A stretch of DNA of 64,000 nt, taken from Hamadaea sp. (GTDB taxonomy: Bacteria > Actinomycetota > Actinomycetes > Mycobacteriales > Micromonosporaceae). Positions 8,641 through 17,945 of this stretch are shown in pieces; positions within the stretch are counted from its first letter, which is position 1; every line of letters begins with the position of its first letter. The position numbers and the translations under genes are program-made. The DNA is taken from contig NZ_JABFVK010000027.1 of assembly GCF_013362815.1 (NCBI RefSeq), positions 7,140 to 71,139 of the forward strand, written 5' to 3'. The notes under the pieces are model-generated. The model did no database searches, was not told where the DNA came from, and saw only the letters and a list, made by a program, of their open reading frames with translations.

Positions 8641-9105
8641 ATGACCCAGACAGTGGAACGGCCGTCGGCTCGGCCGGCCGAGACGGGCAAGCAGAGCACA
8701 CCCGGCACCGATCGCCTCACCACCCAGGAAGGCAAGATCAGTGTGGCGCAGGGCGTAGTGCAGAAGATCGCCGGAATGGCCTGCCGCGAGGTCTCCGGGG
8801 TGTACTCCATGGGCAGCGGCGCGACGAGGGCGTTCGCGGCTCTCCGGGAACGCATTCCCGGGAGTTCCGGGCCGAACGTGTCGCAAGGCGTCGGCGTGGA
8901 GGTAGGCGAGACTCAGGCAGCGGTCGATCTCGACATCGTGGTCGACTACGGGGCGAGCATCGCTGAACTCGGCCACAGCGTGCAGCGCAACGTGAAGCAG
9001 TCGGTCGAGCGGATGACCGGGCTGGAAGTGGTCGAGGTCAACGTCAACGTGGACGACGTGCACCTGCCCGACGACGAGCAGAGTGCGCCCAACCGGGTCT
9101 CGTGA
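8641..9105 (+). CDS. Asp23/Gls24-family alkaline-shock (envelope stress) protein
   Basis: Track ORF starts at GTG 8623; ATG 8641 has GAAGGAG 9 nt upstream. Typical Asp23 pattern: KISVAQGVVQKIAGMACREVSGVY ... VDLDIVVDYGASIAELGHSVQRNVKQSVERMTGLEVVEVNVNVDDV. Confidence 0.85.
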   Translation: MTQTVERPSARPAETGKQSTPGTDRLTTQEGKISVAQGVVQKIAGMACREVSGVYSMGSGATRAFAALRERIPGSSGPNVSQGVGVEVGETQAAVDLDIVVDYGASIAELGHSVQRNVKQSVERMTGLEVVEVNVNVDDVHLPDDEQSAPNRVS

Positions 9106-9515
9106 TGGCGGCTCCGGCCGATCTGACCGGCGGCGTGGACGTCGACGCGATCGCGGCGGCGGTGAGCCGATGCCCGGGTGTCGTCGACCTGTACGGCGGT
9201 TCACCGGGAGAGGTGGCGACCTACCTGCCCGGCCGCCGGGTCGCGGGCGTACGCATCGGCGACACCGCGATCGAGGTGCAGATCCGGACGTCGTGGGGCA
9301 GTCCCGTGCCGGAGGTCGGTGCGGTCGTGCGAGCGGCGGTCGCCCCGTTGGCGGGCGGACGTCGGGTCGACGTGCTGGTGGCCGACCTCGTCGGCGAACC
9401 GTCGGCTGACCGTGCTGCCGACGCTGAGGCCAACGGCGACGCAGTAGGCAAGAGGCCGGCAGCCAAGGGGCCAGTGGCGAAGGGGCCAGTGGGCAAGGGG
9501 AAGGGATCATCATGA
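9102..9515 (+). CDS. Asp23-operon protein (weakly Asp23-like), Lys/Gly/Pro-rich tail
   Basis: Start overlaps the previous stop. Contains AIAAAVSRCPGVVDLYGG ... IEVQIRT, resembling an Asp23 core. Codon bias is coding-like. Confidence 0.55.
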   Translation: MMAAPADLTGGVDVDAIAAAVSRCPGVVDLYGGSPGEVATYLPGRRVAGVRIGDTAIEVQIRTSWGSPVPEVGAVVRAAVAPLAGGRRVDVLVADLVGEPSADRAADAEANGDAVGKRPAAKGPVAKGPVGKGKGSS

Positions 9516-9703
9516 CCAGAACCATCGTCGGCACGTCCGTCGGCCTGATCCTGGGTCTCGTGGTCGTCCTGGTCGGGTTCGGCCAGATGCTGATCGTGGC
9601 GCTCTTCGCGCTCGGCGGCTGGGCGGTCGCCAAGGCGCTCGGCGGCGAGCTCGATCTCGGCGCGCTGGGCAGCTTCGGGCAGCAACGGCGGAGTCCGCGG
9701 TGA
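9512..9703 (+). CDS. Small two-helix membrane protein (DUF2273-like) of Asp23 operons
   Basis: 63 aa, ATGA overlap with the previous stop. Two hydrophobic helices: GLILGLVVVLVGFGQMLIVALFALGGWAV. Confidence 0.6.
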   Translation: MTRTIVGTSVGLILGLVVVLVGFGQMLIVALFALGGWAVAKALGGELDLGALGSFGQQRRSPR

Positions 9704-10116
9704 CGGCCGCCCTCGCGCCGGAGAAGCAAGACACGTTGAGCGAGCTGGCGGACGCGGTCCCCGTCGGCGGGGCCGTCCACATCAAAGACGACGTCGTGGC
9801 GAAGCTGGCGGCGTACTTGGCGACCGAGGTGCCCGACGTCGGTGGCCCGGCTCGGGGTTTGAGCCGCCTGCCCTTAGGCGGTCAGGGGGCGGACTTGAAC
9901 CGGCGGCCGTTGGTGTCGGCCCATGTCGACGGCGGCCGGGCGTACCTCGACGTGACGGCGAGCGTCCGCTGGCCGGCATCGGTCGCCGAGGTCACCACCG
10001 AGGTACGCCGGCACCTGCGAGAACGCATCCATGAGCTGACCGGGCTCGAGGTGGGCGAGGTGCGGATCGAGGTCACCGATCTGATCACCGAGACCCCGCA
10101 CGCACGAGTGTCCTAG
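9700..10116 (+). CDS. Asp23/Gls24-family protein (second copy)
   Basis: GTGA overlap with the previous stop. Pattern: VHIKDDVVAKLAAYLATEVPDVGG ... YLDVTASVRWPASVAEVTTEVRRHLRERIHELTGLEVGEVRIEVTDL. Confidence 0.8.
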   Translation: MTAALAPEKQDTLSELADAVPVGGAVHIKDDVVAKLAAYLATEVPDVGGPARGLSRLPLGGQGADLNRRPLVSAHVDGGRAYLDVTASVRWPASVAEVTTEVRRHLRERIHELTGLEVGEVRIEVTDLITETPHARVS

Positions 10117-10130
10117 GTGGAGGAAGCACG

Positions 10131-10664
10131 ATGAGGAAAGCCGTCAACCGGCTGCTGGCCGTGATCGTCGCGCTGGCGCTGATCGCCCTGTCCGTGGTGG
10201 TGATCGTCGAGGTGATCGCGGCCGCCGTCGGCGCTCGCCCGGTCCTGATCGACTGGCCGGACGCGCTGGCCTGGGCACGGCGTACGCGCTGGGACGATTC
10301 GGCGCTGAAGGTCACCGGGCTGCTGCTCGCCCTGGGCGGGCTCGGGTTGCTGGTGTTCGAGTTCTGGCCGTCCCGCGTACGCCGATTGCCGGTGAGTAGC
10401 ACCGACCCGAATCTGGACGTCGCCGTGACCCGGCGCGGTCTGGCACAGGACATGACGGCGGCGACCGAGGAGGTGGACGGGGTGACGCCGACTCGGGTCA
10501 AGGTCGGCCGCAACCGCATTCGGGTGCTGGCCACGGCTAGGGACGCCGCGCCGGACGCGGCCGGGTTGACCGAAGAGGTGGCCGCCTCGGCGGGTACGCA
10601 TCTCGACCGGCTCCGGCTGGCCCGCCGCCCGAGGCTGTCGGTCAACGTCGCGAGGAGGGCCTGA
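10131..10664 (+). CDS. Membrane protein of Asp23 operons (DUF6286-like)
   Basis: 177 aa with an N-terminal TM helix (LLAVIVALALIALSVVVIVEVIAAAV) and a second helix. Its position matches the conserved actinobacterial Asp23 operon. Confidence 0.55.
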   Translation: MRKAVNRLLAVIVALALIALSVVVIVEVIAAAVGARPVLIDWPDALAWARRTRWDDSALKVTGLLLALGGLGLLVFEFWPSRVRRLPVSSTDPNLDVAVTRRGLAQDMTAATEEVDGVTPTRVKVGRNRIRVLATARDAAPDAAGLTEEVAASAGTHLDRLRLARRPRLSVNVARRA

Positions 10665-11239
10665 TGCACGCCGATCGAACGAACCGCACCGTCCTGACGA
10701 TCCTCGGATTCCTCCTGCTCGCGACCGGCCTGAGCCTCGCGGTCACCGCCTTCGGCGGCCTCGACGATGCAAGGGCCGGGCGATTCCTGGCCGCCAACCG
10801 AGTCTGGTCGTACGCCGGTGACAACGGGCGTTGGCTGTGGCCGGTGGTGGCGGTCGTCGCGTTGATCGTGCTCATCCTCGCCGTACGCTGGCTGGTGGCG
10901 ATCTTGTTCAGCACCGATCGCGTGAAGAACCTGCCGTTGCGGACCGAGGGCGGCCGGGACCGGGTGACCCTGGCCGCGCCCGCCGTCAGCGACGCGGTGG
11001 AGGCCGAAGTCGAGACCTATCGCGGCGTCCGGTCGGCTCGCGCCCGGGTGATCGGCCGCCCCGAGCGCCTCGAACTGGCGCTCCAGGTCGACACCGAACT
11101 CGACGCCGACCTGGCCGCCATTCGTGACCGGATCGAGCGCGACGCCGTGGCCCACGCCCGGCGGGCGCTCGACGCGCCGGATCTGCCGGTCCGGCTCGAC
11201 CTGACCGTCAAACACCAGGCCGGCGCGAGAGTCCACTGA
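10664..11239 (+). CDS. Alkaline-shock-response membrane anchor protein (AmaP-like)
   Basis: 1-nt stop/start overlap. N-terminal RTNRTVLTILGFLLLATGLSL helix plus a second TM helix, then a soluble tail. This is the typical last gene of the operon. Confidence 0.6.
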   Translation: MHADRTNRTVLTILGFLLLATGLSLAVTAFGGLDDARAGRFLAANRVWSYAGDNGRWLWPVVAVVALIVLILAVRWLVAILFSTDRVKNLPLRTEGGRDRVTLAAPAVSDAVEAEVETYRGVRSARARVIGRPERLELALQVDTELDADLAAIRDRIERDAVAHARRALDAPDLPVRLDLTVKHQAGARVH

Positions 11240-11269
11240 GAACTTCCGGGCACCCCAGGCCCGCCGACC

Positions 11270-11881
<612 letters not shown>

Positions 11882-12030
11882 GTCTTGCCCTTTCCGGCGA
11901 CGCCGGATGGAGTGACGCGCCTTCTTCAGCAACGACGCCGAGCGACGACCGTCACATGTCCGGCTGTCACAGAACGGGGTGCTACCTGGTCTAGAGGGTG
12001 ACACGCGACGCGGCATCGTGGGAGGACCGA

Positions 12031-13368
12031 ATGCGTACGATTCTGGTGGTCGGCGGTGGGTACGCCGGTTTCTACACCGCCTGGAAGCTGGAGAAGAAGC
12101 TCCGGCGGGACGAGGCTCGGATCGTCGTGGTCGACCCCCGGCCGTACATGACCTATCAGCCGTTCCTGCCCGAGGTGATCGCCGGTGCGGTCGAGGCCCG
12201 ACACGCCGCGGTGTCCTTGCGGCGGCACCTGCGTAAGACCCGGCTCGTCGCCGGTTCGGTGACAAAGGTCGATCATGCTCACCGGACCGTCATCGTGCAG
12301 CCGGCCGACGGCGAGCCCTTCGAACTGGGTTACGACATCATCGTCGTCACGGCCGGCGCGGTGACCCGCAAGTTCGCCATTCCCGGGGTGGCCGAGCAGG
12401 CGATCGGCATGAAGCACGTCGAGGAGGCGGTCGCGATCCGGGATCGGCTGCTCACCGCGTTCGACCGGGCGTCGGTCCTGCCGCCGGGGCCGCGACGGCA
12501 GCGTCTGCTCACGGTCACGTTCGTCGGTGGCGGGTTCTCGGGAGTCGAAGGGTTCGGCGAACTGCTTTCCCTGGCCACGTCGCTGCTCAAGGCGTATCCC
12601 GAGATTGACCGGAGCGAGTTGGCCTTCCACCTGGTGGAGGCCCGCGGCCGGATTCTCCCGGAGGTCACCGATGGGCCGGGGCAGTGGGTCGTCCGCGCGC
12701 TCGAGCGGCGCGGCGGCCGGGTCCACCTGAACGCGCAGGTGCTTTCGGCGGCGGACGGACACGTGGTCCTGTCGACCGGCGAGGAGTTCGACTCGGACCT
12801 GATCGTGTGGACCGCCGGCAACGACGCGAATCCGTTGGTGCACAACCACACCGATCTGCCGGTCAATGAACGCGGCCTGCTGGTCGTGCGCGCGGACCTG
12901 CGCGTGGGCACGGACGCCGAGGCGATCCCGGACGCCTGGGGCGCGGGCGACGACGCGGCGGTTCCGGATCTGGCCATGGGCCCGGGCGCGGTCACCGTCC
13001 CCAACGCGCAACATGCGGTCCGGCAGGGCAAACTACTGGCCAAGAACATCGTCGCGAGCCTGCGCGGTGGCCGGATCAAGCCTTATGCGCACAACAGCCT
13101 GGGCACGATCGCGACCCTGGGGCTCGGCCGCGGCATCTTCCAATACCGCCGCATCGTCATCAAAGGCCTGCTGGCCTGGCTCATGCATCGCGGCTACCAC
13201 GTGCTCGCCGTGCCGAGCTGGGAGCGCAAGGTCCGGGTCGCGGCGATCTGGCTGACCGCCGTTGCTTACGGCCGCGACATCGTCTCGCTCGCCTCGGTGC
13301 AGCACCCGCGCCGCGCGTTCGTCACCGGTGGTGAGCTTCAGCCGGTACGCGAAGATGCGGCGGTCTGA
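12031..13368 (+). CDS. ndh: Type-II NADH:quinone oxidoreductase
   Basis: ATG 12031 with GGAGGA at 12021-12026. Contains MRTILVVGGGYAGF (first Rossmann fold), a second GGGFSGVE dinucleotide fold, and WGAGDDAAVPD. Confidence 0.8.
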   Translation: MRTILVVGGGYAGFYTAWKLEKKLRRDEARIVVVDPRPYMTYQPFLPEVIAGAVEARHAAVSLRRHLRKTRLVAGSVTKVDHAHRTVIVQPADGEPFELGYDIIVVTAGAVTRKFAIPGVAEQAIGMKHVEEAVAIRDRLLTAFDRASVLPPGPRRQRLLTVTFVGGGFSGVEGFGELLSLATSLLKAYPEIDRSELAFHLVEARGRILPEVTDGPGQWVVRALERRGGRVHLNAQVLSAADGHVVLSTGEEFDSDLIVWTAGNDANPLVHNHTDLPVNERGLLVVRADLRVGTDAEAIPDAWGAGDDAAVPDLAMGPGAVTVPNAQHAVRQGKLLAKNIVASLRGGRIKPYAHNSLGTIATLGLGRGIFQYRRIVIKGLLAWLMHRGYHVLAVPSWERKVRVAAIWLTAVAYGRDIVSLASVQHPRRAFVTGGELQPVREDAAV

Positions 13369-14030
13369 GTTCGCGACTCTCCGTTCGGCGGAGCCGCCAT
13401 GATGGCGGTGAGCTGCTTCGGGGTAAGCGCGGGAGCGGGCAGGGGATGGGCGGCTCCCGCCCGCAGGCCGTCGAGGAAGTAGGCGAGAGTCCGCCGCCAC
13501 GCCAGCGGCGCGACGCCGGTCGATTCGCGGATGACCTGTGACATGGCCCAGATGAGCGTCGCGTAGTCGGCCGCCTCGAAGTCCTCGCGGAGTTGGCCGT
13601 CCTCCTTCGCCCGGACGATGAGCCGTTCGATGTATCGGAAGGTCCGGTGGCAGGCCTCGACGATTCCGGGCGAGAGCGGTACGCGTTGCGCCAGCGCGTC
13701 ATTCAGGCCGCGGTCCTCGGCGTGCAACGCGAACAGGGTCTCGGTGAAGGCGACGAACCCGGTCCAGGCGTTCGGCTCCGCGAGCGCCTGTTCCGCTCCG
13801 GTGTGCAGGACGGCGATCCGCGTCGGCATGATCGCGTCGAACAGGGCGTCGCGGGTTGGGAAGTGGTTGTAGAGCGTGCCGATGCTCACCCCGGCTCGGC
13901 GGGCGATCTCCTCCAGCGGGGCGTCCAGGCCGCGTTCGGCGAACAGATCGCTCGCGGCGGCGAGAAGCCGGTCGCGATTGCGCGCGGCGTCGGCCCGGAG
14001 CGGCTTGGTTCCCGTGGTCACGCCTACCAT
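13338..14030 (-). CDS. TetR-family transcriptional regulator
   Basis: RNRDRLLAAASDLFAERGLDAPLEEIARRAGVSIGTLYNHFPTRDALF is a canonical TetR HTH. The 3' end overlaps the ndh 3' end by 31 nt (convergent). Confidence 0.85.
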   Translation of the reverse strand: MVGVTTGTKPLRADAARNRDRLLAAASDLFAERGLDAPLEEIARRAGVSIGTLYNHFPTRDALFDAIMPTRIAVLHTGAEQALAEPNAWTGFVAFTETLFALHAEDRGLNDALAQRVPLSPGIVEACHRTFRYIERLIVRAKEDGQLREDFEAADYATLIWAMSQVIRESTGVAPLAWRRTLAYFLDGLRAGAAHPLPAPALTPKQLTAIMAAPPNGESRTQTAASSRTG

Positions 14031-14036
14031 CCTACA

Positions 14037-14098
14037 AAGTTGAGGTAGCCCTCAGGTTCGTGCTACGGTCGAGCCTAACCTGAGGGTTACCTCAACTT
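14037..14098. promoter_or_regulatory. 22-bp-arm inverted repeat, candidate TetR operator in the TetR/SDR divergent region
   Basis: AAGTTGAGGTAGCCCTCAGGTT (14037-14058) and AACCTGAGGGTTACCTCAACTT (14077-14098) are complementary at 21 of 22 positions. They are separated by 18 nt and lie between the two start codons. Confidence 0.55.
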
Positions 14099-14108
14099 GG
14101 GAGGAATC

Positions 14109-14813
14109 GTGGGAACACTCGCTGTCTTCGGTGCCGGACCCGGACTCGGGCTGTCCATCGCGCATCGCTTCGGCCGGGAAGGTCATCGCGTCGCGCTCGT
14201 GTCGCGTACGCCGGACCGGCACGCCGGCTATCGCAGCGCACTCGCCGACGCCGGCATCGAGGCGGACACGTTCGTCGCCGACGTCCGCGACCGCGCCCAG
14301 CTCGACGCCGCCGTCGATGCCATCGGCGCTCGGTTCGGGGCGATCGACATCGCCTATTACGGCCCGGGCGCGCTCGACCCGGCCGACCGGCCGAAGCCCG
14401 TCACGCAGGCCGACAGTGACTCGGTACGGACCGCCATGACCTGGGTGTACGCGGCGGTCGACCTCGTCGGCGCGGTCCTGCCCGGCATGGTCGCCCGGGG
14501 CGACGGCGGTCTCCTGTTCGCGGGCGGGCTCAGTTCGGTGGTGCCGATGCCCGCGTTGGGCAATCTCGCGCTCTCCTCGGCGGCGCTGCGGAATTACGCC
14601 GTGACCTTGAACGCCGGGCTCGCCGACCAAGGCGTGTACGCCGGCACCCTGACGATCGGCGGTCTGATCGAACGCGGCGACATCCATCGGTTCATGAGTG
14701 CCGAGTCCAACGGCGCGATTCCGGTCCTCGACCCCGACGAGCTCGCCGACGCCGCGTGGCAGCTCTATTCCAAGCGCGACCGCGCCGAAGCCGTCTTCAA
14801 CGCGTTGGGCTGA
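14109..14813 (+). CDS. Short-chain dehydrogenase/reductase (SDR)
   Basis: Track ORF starts at TTG 14097; GTG 14109 follows GGGAGGA. Contains the cofactor motif LAVFGAGPGLGLSIAHRFGREG. Confidence 0.7.
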   Translation: MGTLAVFGAGPGLGLSIAHRFGREGHRVALVSRTPDRHAGYRSALADAGIEADTFVADVRDRAQLDAAVDAIGARFGAIDIAYYGPGALDPADRPKPVTQADSDSVRTAMTWVYAAVDLVGAVLPGMVARGDGGLLFAGGLSSVVPMPALGNLALSSAALRNYAVTLNAGLADQGVYAGTLTIGGLIERGDIHRFMSAESNGAIPVLDPDELADAAWQLYSKRDRAEAVFNALG

Positions 14814-14856
14814 CCTGTCTTCGTTCTGCACGGACTTCCTTGATCGGCACCTCCTT

Positions 14857-14910
14857 GATCAGCGGAAGTTTCGTGGGGTTATGGCACCGCGAATCTTCCG
14901 CTGATCATGG
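14857..14910. repeat. Palindromic extragenic repeat, family 1 (copy 1)
   Basis: GATCAGCGGAAG (14857-14868) and CTTCCGCTGATC (14895-14906) form a perfect 12-bp inverted repeat. The 54-nt unit recurs at 34971-35024 with the identical right half (ATGGCACCGCGAATCTTCCGCTGATCATGG). Confidence 0.7.
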
Positions 14911-14967
14911 TGCGCCATGGGGCGCCGCACGGGCGCCGCGCCCGGCGGGGCGGCCGCGTGGGCGCGG

Positions 14968-15957
14968 CTAGGCGAGCAGCGCGAGCTGGTCGGCGTACAC
15001 CCGGCCGAGAAGCGGCTCCCCGGCGAGGAGGCGTTCGACTTCGGCGACGGCGTACTCGCCGAGGCGGCGTACCTCCCGGCCCTGGACGCCGGCCATGTGC
15101 GGAGTGATCCAGACGTTGTCGAGCTGGAAGAGCGGATGGCCGGGCGGCAGCGGCTCCGGGTCGGTGACGTCGAGGCAGGCGTCGATCCGGCCATTGGCGC
15201 ATTCGCGGGCGAGCGCATCAGTGTCCACAAGTGACCCACGGGCGGTGTTGATCAGGATCGCCCCATCTGGCAGCAGCGCAAGACGGCGTTCGTCGAGGAG
15301 ATGACGCGTCGAAGGCAACTGCGGTGCGTGGACGGTGACGACGTCGCACGCTTGGCACAGCTCGTCCAGTTCGGTGAGCTCGGCCCCGAGCCCGGCAGCG
15401 TCGACCACGTCGAGGTACGGGTCGGAGATGAGGACTCGATATCCGGCGGCGATCAGGCGGGTGATGACTCGGCGGCCGATCCGGGACGCGCCGATCACGC
15501 CGATGACGCGGCCGTCGTTGCCCCGGCGCTCGTCGAACGACGGAACCTTGCCCGCGGCGTACGCCTTGGCGTGCCGGAAGCCGCGCTTGCCCGCGAGCGT
15601 GATGACGGCGACGGTGAAGTCGGCGACCGGATCGGCGTTCGCGTCGGCCGCCGACGAGACCAGTACGCCGCGCGTGAAGACTTCGGGGTCGACGTGAGCC
15701 TTCACCGATCCGGCGGCGTGGACGACGGCGCGCAGTCGGGGAGCGGCGTCGAGCACCCGGGCGTCGATGCGGGGGCAGGACCAGCTGGTGAGCAGAACCT
15801 CAACGGGGGCAAGGCTTGCGAGCGTCTGGTCGTCGAATCGCTCCACCGGGTCGGTCTGAGGTAGGCGCAGTGATCGGGCGAGCCGGTCAAGCAGATCCTC
15901 GGGCAGCACGCCGGGTGCCACCTTCGGCGACATCGCGATCATTCCCACCGGTTGCAC
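14968..15957 (-). CDS. D-isomer-specific 2-hydroxyacid dehydrogenase family protein
   Basis: NAD-binding motif VIGVIGASRIGRRVITRLIAAGYRVLISD, then ILINTARGSLVD and ITPHMAG. Confidence 0.75.
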   Translation of the reverse strand: MQPVGMIAMSPKVAPGVLPEDLLDRLARSLRLPQTDPVERFDDQTLASLAPVEVLLTSWSCPRIDARVLDAAPRLRAVVHAAGSVKAHVDPEVFTRGVLVSSAADANADPVADFTVAVITLAGKRGFRHAKAYAAGKVPSFDERRGNDGRVIGVIGASRIGRRVITRLIAAGYRVLISDPYLDVVDAAGLGAELTELDELCQACDVVTVHAPQLPSTRHLLDERRLALLPDGAILINTARGSLVDTDALARECANGRIDACLDVTDPEPLPPGHPLFQLDNVWITPHMAGVQGREVRRLGEYAVAEVERLLAGEPLLGRVYADQLALLA

Positions 15958-16090
15958 TTTATGCCTCCCGCACTTGACGTGGCCGCCGATAGAAAACGTC
16001 TCCTATGGCAGTTCCGCACGATAATCCACGGTTGTGGACGGGGCAACCGCCATAAAACGGCCAGGAGTTCATCTGCCCTTGACAGGCCAG

Positions 16091-16106
16091 TAGAAAAGCT
16101 TTTACT
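16091..16106. promoter_or_regulatory. Candidate LacI-family operator (TAGAAAAGCTTTTACT)
   Basis: Perfect 10-bp palindrome AAAAGCTTTT at 16094-16103, 12 nt before the permease start. The TAGAAAAGC half-site recurs at 20642-20650 in front of the GH1 gene. Confidence 0.45.
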
Positions 16107-16114
16107 TTCTCCGC

Positions 16115-17035
16115 GTGGTGAAGGAAGTCCCGTCGACGAAGGCCCGTCGTTGGCGGCGCGATCGCATCTTGCTCGCGTTCGTCCTCCCCGGGCTGCTCTA
16201 CTACCTGGTCTTCCAGTACGGCGCGATGTTCGGCAGTTCCCTGGCGTTCCTCGACTACGTGCCGTTCCTGGGACTCAAAGACAGCCGCTGGGTCGGGCTG
16301 GACAACTTCGAACGGCTGCTCGGCGACGCCGACTTCTGGCGCGCGACGCTGAACACCGTCGAGATCTCGTTGTTGCAGCTCGTGTTCTTCTTCCCGGCGC
16401 CGCTGGCGCTCGCGATGCTGCTGCACAGCATCATGCACGTACGCATCAAGCGGTTCGTGCAAAGCGTCGTCTACCTCCCGCACTTCATCTCGTGGGTCAT
16501 CGTCGTCGCGCTGTTCCACCAGATGCTCGGCGCGACCGGCGTACTGAACGGGTTGCTCGCCGACGGCGGCCTGCACACCGTGCAGATCCTCGGCAACCCC
16601 GACGCGTTCAAACCGATGCTGGTGGCCCAGGTCATCTGGAAGGACACCGGCTGGGGCACGATCATCTTCCTGGCCGCACTGATGCAAGTGGACGAACAGC
16701 TCTACGAGGCGTCCGCGATCGACGGTGCCGGGCCGTGGCGACGCTTCTGGCACGTCACGCTGCCGGGAATCCGGACCGTCGTCGTGTTGCTGCTGGTGCT
16801 CCGGCTCGGCGAGATCCTGTCGGTCGGCTTCGAGCAGATCCTCCTGCAACGCGATTCCGTCGGGGCGAAGGCCGGCGAGATCATCGACACCTTCGTCTAT
16901 TACCGCGGCGTCCAGGCCGGAGATTTCGGGTACGCCGCGGCGGCGGGCCTGTTCAAGGGAGTGGTCGGGGCGATCCTCGTCTACGCCGCGAACAAGATCT
17001 CCCATCGGCTGGGCGAGTCGGGGGTGTACCAGTGA
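16115..17035 (+). CDS. Carbohydrate ABC transporter permease (LplB-like)
   Basis: 306 aa with six TM segments. N-terminus WRRDRILLAFVLPGLLYYLVFQYGAMFG and EAA-loop region YEASAIDGAGPWRRFWHVTLPGI. Confidence 0.8.
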   Translation: MVKEVPSTKARRWRRDRILLAFVLPGLLYYLVFQYGAMFGSSLAFLDYVPFLGLKDSRWVGLDNFERLLGDADFWRATLNTVEISLLQLVFFFPAPLALAMLLHSIMHVRIKRFVQSVVYLPHFISWVIVVALFHQMLGATGVLNGLLADGGLHTVQILGNPDAFKPMLVAQVIWKDTGWGTIIFLAALMQVDEQLYEASAIDGAGPWRRFWHVTLPGIRTVVVLLLVLRLGEILSVGFEQILLQRDSVGAKAGEIIDTFVYYRGVQAGDFGYAAAAGLFKGVVGAILVYAANKISHRLGESGVYQ

Positions 17036-17922
17036 CCGCCGTCCGTCCGAAGTGGCAAGAGCCGCCCCGCCCGGTGACGAGCTTCGCCAAGGCGGTGACG
17101 GTCGTCGTCGTCCTGGCCCTGGTGACCGTGCCGTTCCTCGTGGTGGTCTCGACCAGCCTGGCCGATCCCCGGGACGTCGTCGCGAACGGCGGCTGGGTGA
17201 TCTGGCCGGAGCGACCCAGTCTCGCGGCGTACCGGGAGATCCTGAACGGCGGCATCGTCGGGCGGGCGACCCTGGTCAGCCTGGCCGTGACGATCGTCGG
17301 CACCGCACTGAGCCTGACCTGCACCGTGCTGCTGGCGTACGCGCTGAGCCGTCCGGGCGTCTACGGCGGCAAGCCGTTGATGCTGCTAGTCCTGTTCACC
17401 TTCCTGTTCCCGCCCGGCATCATCCCCGCCTACCTGGTCGTCAAGGAGACGGGCCTGCTCAACGCGTACGCCGCGCTCATCGCCCCGGTCCTAGTGAACA
17501 CCTTCAACCTGGTCGTGATGCGCGGGTTCTTCCAATCCCTGCCGTCGGAGCTCTACGAGGCCGCCCGCCTCGACGGAGCGTCCGAGTGGAAGATGCTGTG
17601 GCGCATCACGATCCCGTTGTCGCGGGCGGTGCTCGCCGTCATCGGCCTCTTCTACGCCGTCTCGTACTGGAACTCGTGGTTCCACGCCCTGCTCTACCTC
17701 GACGATCCGGCCAAGTGGCCACTGCAACTCGTGTTGCGTACCTATGTGCTGGCCGGCGGGCAGCTCGCCGACCCGTCGGCGGGCGAAGCCGGCCTGATGT
17801 CGGCCCCCCAGACGGTGCAGATGGCCGTCGTCGTCCTCGCCACCATCCCCATCGTGCTCGTCTACCCGTTCCTGCAGCGGTTCTTCGTCCGCGGCGTACT
17901 GGCCGGCGCGATCAAGACCTGA
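17032..17922 (+). CDS. Carbohydrate ABC transporter permease (LplC-like)
   Basis: Track ORF 15952..17922; start placed at GTG 17032 (GTGA overlap with the previous stop). EAA loop: YEAARLDGASEWKMLWRITIPLS. Confidence 0.8.
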   Translation: MTAVRPKWQEPPRPVTSFAKAVTVVVVLALVTVPFLVVVSTSLADPRDVVANGGWVIWPERPSLAAYREILNGGIVGRATLVSLAVTIVGTALSLTCTVLLAYALSRPGVYGGKPLMLLVLFTFLFPPGIIPAYLVVKETGLLNAYAALIAPVLVNTFNLVVMRGFFQSLPSELYEAARLDGASEWKMLWRITIPLSRAVLAVIGLFYAVSYWNSWFHALLYLDDPAKWPLQLVLRTYVLAGGQLADPSAGEAGLMSAPQTVQMAVVVLATIPIVLVYPFLQRFFVRGVLAGAIKT

Positions 17923-17945
17923 GCCTCAGCGAAAGGACCCCTCCC

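Noticed and set aside
8373-8855. N-terminal 161 codons of track ORF 5787..8855
   Set aside because: The upstream in-frame extension has no coding-like composition and runs through the sigma-B-type promoter and the start of the divergent Asp23 gene. A GTG with a strong GGGAGGA Shine-Dalgarno sequence and a signal peptide begins at 8372.
14037-14098. SoxR box (because of the GTTGAGG / CCTCAAC half-sites)
   Set aside because: The half-sites are in inverted order and about 40 nt apart. In a SoxR box they form a contiguous palindrome inside an 18-19-bp-spacer promoter. A TetR operator is the simpler reading.
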